A stretch of 36,333 nt of DNA from a virus (lineage: Duplodnaviria > Caudoviricetes), in IMG/VR virus record IMGVR_UViG_3300030095_005826, positions 1 to 36,333 of that record; one strand, 5' to 3'. This document shows, piece after piece, positions 29,501 to 35,982 of the stretch; position 1 is the first letter of the stretch, and each line of letters begins with the position of its first letter. The notes below the pieces were generated by a model. It was given only the letters and a program-made list of their open reading frames with translations, was not told the DNA's origin and did no database searches. Position numbers and translations under genes: made by a program.

Positions 29501-29799
29501 GTACCTGTATTTGATATAGATGAAATTACAGGTGTTGTAAGAGTTTTATTGGTAAGTGTTTGTGTTCCAGTTTTTGTAACTACTGTACTATCTATAGTAA
29601 GAGTTACTGCTCCAGTGTCTCCTCCCCCTGATAGTCCTGTACCCGCTGTAACTGCAGTTATATCAGCTCCTGCAAGAAAAGCAGCTTTTATACCAGACAT
29701 TGAGTACCTTTTTGTTGTACCGTCTGCTGCATTAACTCCTAATAAACTGTCGTTATCAGTTATAGTGGTATCTAGCGAATAAGTAGAAATTTTAGGCAT
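26566..29799 (-). CDS. Tail fibre protein 1
   Basis: 1077 aa, Thr/Gly/Ala-rich; TLTNKTLT repeats, GNLTVQG motif, 10-aa repeats. Confidence 0.8.
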   Translation of the reverse strand: MPKISTYSLDTTITDNDSLLGVNAADGTTKRYSMSGIKAAFLAGADITAVTAGTGLSGGGDTGAVTLTIDSTVVTKTGTQTLTNKTLTTPVISSISNTGTLTLPTSSDTLVGRATTDTLTNKTLTSPSLASPTFSVTETGIANGDLILFLDATDSSVTKKEGLDDLATLFAGAGLTAANSVLAVGAGTGITVNANDVAVAGAQTSITSVLNTSLVLGRDADNDIDFTSDNIITLRTAGADQIKLTDGALSPVTDSDVDLGTSSLYFKDAYIDSITTTGNVSIGGTLSVSGNNFSNVADIGLDSISAATNDINIALTDNRAAALTIKQGSDAYMIFDTANSSESVSIGTGISGTAITIGHGTSETTIGDNLVVTGNLTVQGDTTTVNTATLSVEDPLVVVGSGNNSSDSVDLGLYGLYDTSGSQDLYSGLFRDASDSGKWKLFKDLQTEPTTTVNTSGTGYAIGTLVANLEGAVTGNASGLSATLAVASGGTNATSFADKAVIISQDSGTDTLAGVAMSTNGQLLIGGTSGPAAATLTAGNNVTITNADNAITLDVSAAGDAFKTIAVSGEDDIVADGTADTLTLVGGTGTTITTNASSDTITIAAGANVVEINEYTGNGSTTAYTLSSSTVSENELMVYMDGVYQHHNTYAVSGTTLTFDTNVPNGAKVEVYHMRSVNISNMVQSAVAGTLMDVSGATGDVTFNVDLSEAAEAAIADGDYMLFLDGGATGTAKKEALADIATLFAGTGLTASSSVINMDAAQTGITSILNTSLVLGRDADNQIKFGTDNQIIFEVSGGDNVIFKASGEIEATTVNTTGAATIGGNGSSGGVTINDGSIQIRTGTGNVAEMRFYCEVSNAHYQTLKAAPHSAGSSAALVLPTASGNLVGTGDSGTVASGMIAADAITGAKIADDAINSEHYTDGSIDTAHIADDQITQAKVANDAIGADELASNAVVNASIVDNAVSYEKIDDEFSTIDALSAGATVAVDFDAAQVFTLTPNANTTFNITNPKIGVTKSIIVTGAGSTYTADTWTVGGASGTFNKITGTYDDTSSTKNFYQITCVSATEFWYSISQIG

Positions 29800-29802
29800 T
29801 GT

Positions 29803-30261
29803 TTATTTGTTTTGTATTGTTTTGAACTTCTCAGCACCACGCGATCCAAAATATGCTACGTATACTGTAATAAGAAGTGATTTTAAAAGATCAACCCAGC
29901 CACCGTCAACTTCAAAGTCTAAACCGGTTGAGTCTATAAATATTAATAAGACCATTGAAATAGTTAAGAAAACTAATGTTAATGGCCTTGTGTTTTTTGA
30001 AAGCCAGGAATCAGATTTCATATCTGCCTGCCATCTTTTTGATACCTCTTGCATTTCAACAGTATCTTGATGCAGCAAAGCTAATGCTTTTTCCTTGTCT
30101 TCAGCTGGTAGTTCAGGATCTTTTTTAATTAAATTTTTAACTAAGCCAAGTACACCTTTATCTGGTAAAACTTCACCGAGACTACCGATTATATTAGATC
30201 CAGCACCGGCTAAAAATTTACCAACGGCTGTATCTTTTAATTTTTTTTTACTTTTTGACAT
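29803..30261 (-). CDS. Holin (GTA 3TM holin-like)
   Basis: RWQADMKSDSWLSKNTRP, two hydrophobic helices, AYFGSRGAEK motif. Confidence 0.7.
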   Translation of the reverse strand: MSKSKKKLKDTAVGKFLAGAGSNIIGSLGEVLPDKGVLGLVKNLIKKDPELPAEDKEKALALLHQDTVEMQEVSKRWQADMKSDSWLSKNTRPLTLVFLTISMVLLIFIDSTGLDFEVDGGWVDLLKSLLITVYVAYFGSRGAEKFKTIQNK

Positions 30262-30532
30262 TTGCTTTTCTTCCGGCTCTTTTGCCTTTAAGTGATTTTG
30301 GTAAATCTTCTAATTGATTACCAACTTCTTTTATAGAAGCAGCTACATCTTTTAATTCAGCTTTTAATCTGTTTAATTTGTTTACAGCATTAACTTGAAT
30401 CTCTTCAACTTTTGCTTCTACTGAATCTGCGATAAAATCACCATCAGCATCTTTAATTTTTCCTGAATGAAGCATAACTAAATACACTATAACCAGTGCT
30501 TCAATTATTGCTATTATAAATAGTATTGTCAT
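30248..30532 (-). CDS. Membrane-anchored coiled-coil protein (i-spanin-like topology)
   Basis: N-terminal hydrophobic helix followed by coiled coil; next to the holin. Confidence 0.55.
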   Translation of the reverse strand: MTILFIIAIIEALVIVYLVMLHSGKIKDADGDFIADSVEAKVEEIQVNAVNKLNRLKAELKDVAASIKEVGNQLEDLPKSLKGKRAGRKANVKK

Positions 30533-30693
30533 TATTTTTTATTTTTATATGGGAATATTGTATTTAAGGCATCCCTTCTGCCTTCACAACCACATGGAAC
30601 ATTTAATCCTTTTGAAATTATGTCTGTCATGGTTTTAATTCCTGTTGCTTTTGTGATTTTTTCTATTGAATCACCTAATCCTTTTGATTTCAT
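30532..30693 (-). CDS. Small phage protein with CGC motif, 53 aa (not in ORF track)
   Basis: MKSKGLGDSIEKITKATGIKTMTDIISKGLNVPCGCEGRRDALNTIFPYKNKK; fills the gap, TAATG overlap with the next gene. Confidence 0.8.
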   Translation of the reverse strand: MKSKGLGDSIEKITKATGIKTMTDIISKGLNVPCGCEGRRDALNTIFPYKNKK

Positions 30694-30697
30694 ATTA

Positions 30698-31012
30698 TTA
30701 ATTGTTTCTGTCTACAAGCTCTTGAATGTCTTCAACCCTTGCTTCTATTTTCATACTTAACCCCGCTTCTATCCTAGCAACTGGCTTACCGTTTCTAAAA
30801 ATAATTATTACTGGAACAGATTTAATACTGTTTTTTAAATCTTCACCTTGTTCTTCAACAAATGCTTTTGAAACACTAGCTCTTTTAATAGATTTAAGTT
30901 TTGAATAATCATTTTTTTGATTCCATTTGTAATTAAAATGTATAACTGAAACGTCTTGTGAATATATAGAAAAAGTTAGTAATAAAAGTAGAGTAGTAAT
31001 AAATTTTTTCAT
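30698..31012 (-). CDS. Secreted thioredoxin-fold protein lacking CxxC
   Basis: Signal peptide MKKFITTLLLLLTFSIYS-Q; VIHFNYKWN and IKSVPVIIIFRNGKPVARI; no cysteines. Confidence 0.65.
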   Translation of the reverse strand: MKKFITTLLLLLTFSIYSQDVSVIHFNYKWNQKNDYSKLKSIKRASVSKAFVEEQGEDLKNSIKSVPVIIIFRNGKPVARIEAGLSMKIEARVEDIQELVDRNN

Positions 31013-31013
31013 G

Positions 31014-31304
31014 TTAATTTTTAATTATTTCATACAACTTATTGTCAATATCCTCAAGCTTCTTACCGTTTTCCTCAACTTTTTCCTGTGTATTAATTAT
31101 TGTTTCACGAATTAATTGATCTTTTAGGTCATATTCAGTTCTTGAAACTGGTGGCTCAGGCAACTCTTTAGCGAGTTGTATATCTGCTTGCAAAGAATAC
31201 CACATACCAACTACTGTTACAACCACAGCACCAATTGTTATGAGTGTTTCTACGCTAACGTTAAATTTAGATTTTTTTATTTTGTCTATATCTAATTCGC
31301 TCAT
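31014..31304 (-). CDS. Single-TM coiled-coil protein (lysis-cluster associated)
   Basis: LITIGAVVVTVVGMWYSL followed by coiled coil. Confidence 0.7.
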   Translation of the reverse strand: MSELDIDKIKKSKFNVSVETLITIGAVVVTVVGMWYSLQADIQLAKELPEPPVSRTEYDLKDQLIRETIINTQEKVEENGKKLEDIDNKLYEIIKN

Positions 31305-31307
31305 TAT

Positions 31308-31442
31308 TTATTTATTTTTTCTAAGTTTTTTAAAATCAGCACCTGTTATTTTATTAAATGGTGGTGCCATACCAGCAATCCTTTTTTGTTTAGGGGATAA
31401 CATTTGTGATCCATCTAAATCTTTATTCATTTTTTTATCCAT
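31308..31442 (-). CDS. Small basic protein, 44 aa (not in ORF track)
   Basis: MDKKMNKDLDGSQMLSPKQKRIAGMAPPFNKITGADFKKLRKNK; fills the intergenic gap. Confidence 0.75.
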   Translation of the reverse strand: MDKKMNKDLDGSQMLSPKQKRIAGMAPPFNKITGADFKKLRKNK

Positions 31443-31452
31443 AATATTTATT

Positions 31453-31734
31453 TTAACAGTTCCATTTTCTAAGTGCTAATGCTTTTCTTGTTGGTCTTCC
31501 CTTGCTATCTCGCATAGGCCCTTTAACACCTTTCATTCTAGCACAAAAAGATTTACGTCTTTTTGCAGCTTTACTACCCTTTTTTAATTTAGATGGAGGT
31601 GTTGTTACAGCAGTTTTTAGTTTACTACCTGGGTTATCTTTTCTATATTTAGCAACACCTTTTTTAGTCATGCCGCCTTTTTCACTATAGTAGCCCTTTG
31701 ATTTTTTTCTAGAGGGTGCGTTTTTTGAAGCCAT
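31453..31734 (-). CDS. Basic protein, DUF6321-like
   Basis: GGMTKKG...NPGSKLK...RRKSFCARM...ALRKWNC motif (family name from recall). Confidence 0.7.
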   Translation of the reverse strand: MASKNAPSRKKSKGYYSEKGGMTKKGVAKYRKDNPGSKLKTAVTTPPSKLKKGSKAAKRRKSFCARMKGVKGPMRDSKGRPTRKALALRKWNC

Positions 31735-31736
31735 AA

Positions 31737-31838
31737 TTATCTTTTTTTCTTCATAGCTTTTTTCTTCATTGAAGATTTAGCTTTTTTCTTTGGTGGTCTT
31801 CCGACCTTTGAACCGTAAGTTCCTTTTCCGTAAGGCAT
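31737..31838 (-). CDS. Protamine-like peptide with AT-hook-like motif, 33 aa (not in ORF track)
   Basis: MPYGKGTYGSKVGRPPKKKAKSSMKKKAMKKKR; 14 K/R, no acidic residues. Confidence 0.75.
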   Translation of the reverse strand: MPYGKGTYGSKVGRPPKKKAKSSMKKKAMKKKR

Positions 31839-31849
31839 AATTTAAATTT

Positions 31850-32290
31850 TTATCTGTTATTATCTTTCAACATATCGTCTATAGCTTTATTAAAAACTTT
31901 ATCTGTATATGTTTTGTTTTTATAAAATACATTTTGTTCAGAAACAGGTATGTCCTCGTTACCTAATAAAATGTTATATATACGTGTTATTAATCTTTTA
32001 CATTTATATGAAGTATTATAAATGCTGTATTTAATTGTAGTTCTGTTTCGGTGTCTCCATACATCTATCCACCCGTCACTTCTTAATCTTTCCCATCTAG
32101 CTTTATCCCATGACATAGTGTATGTCCCGTTAATAAAATCATTACGTGTAAATCTAACTTTGCAATCAAGATATATAAGTAATTCTAAATCTGCATCAGT
32201 TAAGCCATTTTGTTTGCATGCCCACTTTCTAACGATTCTATAATATTTAAATAAATTTAAGTCGCGGATTTCCGCTGCATCTAATTTCAT
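31850..32290 (-). CDS. Winged helix (MarR-like) DNA-binding protein
   Basis: GLTDADLELLIYL...RLRSDGWIDVW...YNTSYKCKRLI pattern. Confidence 0.55.
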   Translation of the reverse strand: MKLDAAEIRDLNLFKYYRIVRKWACKQNGLTDADLELLIYLDCKVRFTRNDFINGTYTMSWDKARWERLRSDGWIDVWRHRNRTTIKYSIYNTSYKCKRLITRIYNILLGNEDIPVSEQNVFYKNKTYTDKVFNKAIDDMLKDNNR

Positions 32291-32337
32291 AAAAAAAAGA
32301 TCTACAGGCCCAACCCGTGAGCCCGTCTATGATCTTA
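32291..32337 (-). terminator. Rho-independent terminator abutting the next start codon
   Basis: Minus strand AAGATC..ACGGGCTC-loop-GGGCCTGT-AGATC-T8, then ATG. Confidence 0.75.
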
Positions 32338-32344
32338 GTTATTA

Positions 32345-32695
32345 TTAAGCGTCTAATGCGATAGCACAAGCAGTTATGTTAGAATTAGCATAAATACTGT
32401 TTACGTCATCAGCCACTACTGTGTAGTTTAAAGTATTTTTTGGATATTTAGTTGCATTGTTGATTGCATCAGCAATAGCGATCATTACTGTTTTTTCAGT
32501 ATCAGCAGTAACAGTTAATGTTACAACGTCTACAGAAGCAGCTTGACCATCACCTAAACTTCCTGGAGCAAACTTTATAAGTACAGCACCATCTGAAGCA
32601 CATGTTACAGACTGAAGTTTACTTACTGGAAACATCCCTGCATCATCTGCTGCATCAATAAATACTAAAAAGTGTTCTTGATTATTTAAAGCCAT
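32345..32695 (-). CDS. Hypothetical protein, possibly an abundant virion component
   Basis: 116-aa Ala/Asp/Val-rich ORF with its own leader and a terminator. Confidence 0.7.
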   Translation of the reverse strand: MALNNQEHFLVFIDAADDAGMFPVSKLQSVTCASDGAVLIKFAPGSLGDGQAASVDVVTLTVTADTEKTVMIAIADAINNATKYPKNTLNYTVVADDVNSIYANSNITACAIALDA

Positions 32696-32755
32696 GATTT
32701 ATTTTTTTAAAAAGTTAAACAAATGTTTCTGGTTCCGGGTTTTTGGATTTTGGTT

Positions 32756-33013
32756 TTAACCGACTAAAACAACATCTTGCTGCTTTATAACCTGATATAA
32801 GTTATCGTCGTATTCTATTCCGTGCCCAGCTCTTCTATCGTAATATACAGTGTCGTTTTCTTTTATACCCTCTGTAAAATTACCCGCAGATATTACTTTA
32901 CCTTTTAAATATCTAATGTCATCTACGTGCTGGTCCATTATAAGAAGCCCTTTTTCTTCTTTAGGTTCTTCTTTTATAGCTTCTATTATTATGTAATTAT
33001 TAATTGCCTTCAT
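32756..33013 (-). CDS. groES: Co-chaperonin GroES (cpn10)
   Basis: MKAINNYIII...KGLLI...GKVISAG...IKENDTVYY...VIKQQDVVLV; directly after groEL; likely start 33013. Confidence 0.85.
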   Translation of the reverse strand: MKAINNYIIIEAIKEEPKEEKGLLIMDQHVDDIRYLKGKVISAGNFTEGIKENDTVYYDRRAGHGIEYDDNLYQVIKQQDVVLVG

Positions 33014-34562
33014 ATGTTCTGACATTTGATATTACACAATCAGCTGATAATATTGTTGTTGCTACGCTTACCGCATTTATCAATGCTGTTTTAGTAACTA
33101 ATACTGGATCTATTATTCCGTGTTTTACCATATCTACTATTTTTCCTGTAGTTACGTCAACACCGTTTCCTTCATCTGCGTATGGCCCATAATTAATACC
33201 TGCATTTTCAAGTATTTTTTTATATGGCGCTTTTATAGCCTCGCAGAGAATTTTTTCTGCAGAGTTTTTGTTTTTAAGTTTCGCAGAAGCATTATGCAGT
33301 GCAACACCACCACCTGCTACAATACCTTCTTTGATTGCAGCTTTTACGGCATATATGGCATCTTCAACTCTATCTTTCTTTTCTTTCAATTCTATTTTAG
33401 AGTTTGCACCGACTTTTAATATTGCAACAGCTCCTGAAAGCATTGCAAGTCTTTGTTCAAGCTTTTGTTTTATAAAAGCGTTCTTTTCGCTTTTTATTTT
33501 TTTATTGACTAGATCTATTCTTTCTTTTGCTTCTTCCGGCATTTCGCCTACAGTTATTACTGTTGAAGTTACATCTGTAACTGCTTTTACAGCTTCACCT
33601 AAAACATCAGGGTTTATTAAATCTAAATCATCACCTAGCTCTTCATTAATAACTTGCGCTCCGGTTATTGTCGCTAAGTCTTGCATAGTGTCCATTTTAG
33701 TTGCTCCAAAACCAGGTGTATCAATAATATTAATTTTTATATTACCTTTTACCTTATTCATAAGCAGAGCTGACATAGGCTGTTGATCCATCTGTGCAAC
33801 TATTAATAAGCTACGTTTTTCTTTTATAACGTGTTCTAATACGTTTTGTATTTTACGTATACTTGGAATAGCTGATGCTACTATAAGGACGTACGGGTTT
33901 TCGAGTATGGCTTTATTTTTTTCACTATCTGTTACAAGATGTTGTGATTTAATTCCACAATCGAATTGTACCCCGTCAACTATTTCACTGAATGTTTCTT
34001 CTGTGTCAGATTCTTCCATCAATACGACACCGTGTTCACCTACCGATTTATATGCGTCGGCTATTGTCGATCCCAACGTTCTGTCGTTGTTGCATGATAT
34101 GGAAGCAACATCTTCCAGCATTTCGCCCTTTATATCTATACTTTTGCTATTCAAGTATTTTAATACTTTCTCCAGGCCACTCGACACCGCTGATTTTATC
34201 TCTCTTATTGAGTAATCTTCTGTTGCATCATTCATTTCCTGGAGGAGAGAATGGGCGAGGACGGTTGCTGTGGTGGTACCATCCCCTGCCTCTCTCACAG
34301 TTTTTTTGGCTGCTTCTTTTATTAGTGTTGCACCTATATTTTCCACCGGGTCCATAAGTACTACTGATTCCGCGACTGTAACACCGTCTTTTGTAATTAC
34401 GGGTTTACCCATTGCATCTTCATATATAACACACTTTCCTGAAGCGCCTAGAGTAGATTCAACTGCATGCGCTAGTTTATCTACACCTTTCATAACCTTA
34501 CCTCTGGCATTTACTCCAAAAGTAAGATCTTTTACTATCTCACTCGGGTTATTGAATTCCAT
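33000..34562 (-). CDS. groEL: Chaperonin GroEL (cpn60)
   Basis: ITKDGVTVA, AGDGTTTATVLA, KEKKDRVEDA, EGIVAGGGVAL, GIIDPVLVTKTAL motifs; no GGM tail. Confidence 0.97.
   Translation of the reverse strand: MEFNNPSEIVKDLTFGVNARGKVMKGVDKLAHAVESTLGASGKCVIYEDAMGKPVITKDGVTVAESVVLMDPVENIGATLIKEAAKKTVREAGDGTTTATVLAHSLLQEMNDATEDYSIREIKSAVSSGLEKVLKYLNSKSIDIKGEMLEDVASISCNNDRTLGSTIADAYKSVGEHGVVLMEESDTEETFSEIVDGVQFDCGIKSQHLVTDSEKNKAILENPYVLIVASAIPSIRKIQNVLEHVIKEKRSLLIVAQMDQQPMSALLMNKVKGNIKINIIDTPGFGATKMDTMQDLATITGAQVINEELGDDLDLINPDVLGEAVKAVTDVTSTVITVGEMPEEAKERIDLVNKKIKSEKNAFIKQKLEQRLAMLSGAVAILKVGANSKIELKEKKDRVEDAIYAVKAAIKEGIVAGGGVALHNASAKLKNKNSAEKILCEAIKAPYKKILENAGINYGPYADEGNGVDVTTGKIVDMVKHGIIDPVLVTKTALINAVSVATTILSADCVISNVRTYEGN
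34239..34300 (-). other. Long RNA hairpin embedded in groEL coding sequence
   Basis: GAGAGA/UCUCUC plus GGC(A)GGGGAUGGU/ACCGUCCUCGCC around a 12-nt loop; GC 37/60 at 34241-34300. Confidence 0.55.
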
Positions 34563-34584
34563 TTAATTAAATTTATATAAGTGA

Positions 34585-34899
34585 TTATTTGAATGTTTTA
34601 ACTACTTTCGGTCCGTTTACAAATTCAAGTTTCTTTTCGTAATGCTCGATGCTTTTATCGATTGCTGTTTCACACGCATCTATAGTTTCTCTTCTAGTTA
34701 CGTCGTGCCATTTGCACTCTTCGCAATTGTTACTATCTTCGCATGGTGTTGAACAGTATTCGGCTTGATAATATCCGTTTGGTAATTGAACTATTCTCCA
34801 GTTTTTTTTGTCTGTTAAAAGTTCCCAAAGCTTCCTGGTTTCTTCGGGTATTCCCTGCCCACCTTGTGAGAAGGAATAGGTTTTATAAAAAAGTGTCAT
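34585..34899 (-). CDS. Hypothetical protein with Cys cluster
   Basis: 104 aa; KKNWRIVQLPNGYYQAEY, CSTPC..CEEC, DVTRRET. Confidence 0.75.
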   Translation of the reverse strand: MTLFYKTYSFSQGGQGIPEETRKLWELLTDKKNWRIVQLPNGYYQAEYCSTPCEDSNNCEECKWHDVTRRETIDACETAIDKSIEHYEKKLEFVNGPKVVKTFK

Positions 34900-34947
34900 T
34901 GTTTTTGGTTTTTAGGTTTTATCCTATACGGTTATAATTACGTAGTT

Positions 34948-35178
34948 TTATTCTTTTTTAGTACCACGACCACCGTTTCCCCTGTTGACTTTAACAGTTA
35001 CGAATTTCTTTCTACGGTGATCATAGTCCATGCCTTTAATTTTAATACCTTTTTTAGCTGCCTCTCTTCTCCTTCTTTGATTCTCCGCTTTCATTTTTCT
35101 TCTTCTTGGAGTTAATGCATACGCTAGGTCCCTCGCTTTCTTTGCTGCAGCGGCCTTTTTACTAAGCTTTTGTTTCAT
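34948..35178 (-). CDS. Very basic small protein with minimal HNH-like motif
   Basis: KGMDYDH...VKVNRG; first gene of the late strand. Confidence 0.55.
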   Translation of the reverse strand: MKQKLSKKAAAAKKARDLAYALTPRRRKMKAENQRRRREAAKKGIKIKGMDYDHRRKKFVTVKVNRGNGGRGTKKE

Positions 35179-35404
35179 AGATATATAATTGCGCTTTTGC
35201 GCAAAATTTTAAAAATATGACAGTAGCATCCTATTTAATATATTATATACCCTATCGTCATACTAAAAAATGTTGTAAGATATATAGAGGTTTTGGGTTA
35301 TACATATATTTTACGACACCGCCACTGTTGCGGAAACACTTTTTTTTAGCCCCACGGGGCCCTGTTTTGCTCGATTCCCTCCAGGATTTTCAGCTTTTTC
35401 CGAT

Positions 35405-35516
35405 TGCGCTCTGGTGTCTCTAGGTCTGGTCCTGGGTCGCACGGTCTGGTCGCGTGTCCGTTTTACGTGTTCGTACGTGTTGCCGTTGCTGGCTTCGTGT
35501 GCGTTCGTGTGTCCGT
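35405..35516. repeat. A-depleted, helically phased repeat tract in the strand-switch region
   Basis: CGTGT at 35453, 35466, 35476, 35496, 35506; GGTCTGGTC at 35423 and 35443. Confidence 0.7.
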
Positions 35517-35541
35517 ATCCGGAAGCGTTCCCGGCGTGATC

Positions 35542-35562
35542 ACGTTAACACCCAGATAATAT
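35542..35562 (+). promoter_or_regulatory. Early promoter-like motif copy 1 (ACG-N9-AGATAATAT)
   Basis: Same spacing as the copies at 35713 and 36246; precedes the ORF at 35590. Confidence 0.55.
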
Positions 35563-35589
35563 TACCGTATAACACTAAACACTAACACT

Positions 35590-35664
35590 ATGGAAGAGCA
35601 CGATATAGATGCGCTGATCGACTCGGTTTACGGGAACGATCACCTTTACGGGTCGGATGAGTAA
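35590..35664 (+). CDS. Small acidic peptide, 24 aa (not in ORF track)
   Basis: MEEHDIDALIDSVYGNDHLYGSDE; preceded by the motif and an A-rich leader, followed by a UUCG hairpin. Confidence 0.55.
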   Translation: MEEHDIDALIDSVYGNDHLYGSDE

Positions 35665-35668
35665 GTCC

Positions 35669-35690
35669 GGCTCGGGGCTTCGGCCCAGTC
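35669..35690 (+). other. cUUCGg tetraloop hairpin
   Basis: GGCT-CG-GGGC-TTCG-GCCC-AGTC; no U-tract. Confidence 0.6.
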
Positions 35691-35691
35691 C

Positions 35692-35733
35692 TAAATGCTA
35701 TACGTCATTAATACGACTTCATTTAGATAATAT
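35692..35733 (+). promoter_or_regulatory. Early promoter-like motif copy 2
   Basis: TAAATGCTATACGTC-N6-ACGA-N7-TAGATAATAT, repeated at 36225. Confidence 0.7.
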
Positions 35734-35757
35734 ATATGAACTTTAAAAATAATTATA

Positions 35758-35982
35758 ATGCAAAAAATTAAATACAATAAATCAAAAAATCAATACATAA
35801 TTTCAACTTTATCTAAAAATAAACAAATAATAAATCTTGAAATCTTAACTAAACTTTGCAACAAAACTCAAAGCTTACTTAAACTAAATAACAACTGGCA
35901 AACAACATCATTCTTGCCTAACTATGTCAAAATTAACAATGACTATTACTTACAAGAATTTGACTTTGACTATGTTGACTAA
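35758..35982 (+). CDS. Hypothetical early protein
   Basis: 74-aa ORF downstream of motif copy 2. Confidence 0.65.
   Translation: MQKIKYNKSKNQYIISTLSKNKQIINLEILTKLCNKTQSLLKLNNNWQTTSFLPNYVKINNDYYLQEFDFDYVD

Noticed and set aside
33992-34357. 121-aa antisense ORF in groEL as a real gene
   Set aside because: Leu-rich shadow-like product with an in-frame stop directly before the ATG; kept only as an alternative explanation for the GC patch.
610-34937. Many plus-strand ORFs antisense to late genes (e.g. 8426-8683, 10350-10610, 13379-13729, 28244-28807, 29135-29782, 33268-33786)
   Set aside because: Typical shadow frames of long coding genes, with low-complexity products and no independent signals.
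35217-35423. 68-aa ORF in the strand-switch region
   Set aside because: Spans compositionally heterogeneous low-complexity sequence and lacks the early motif.
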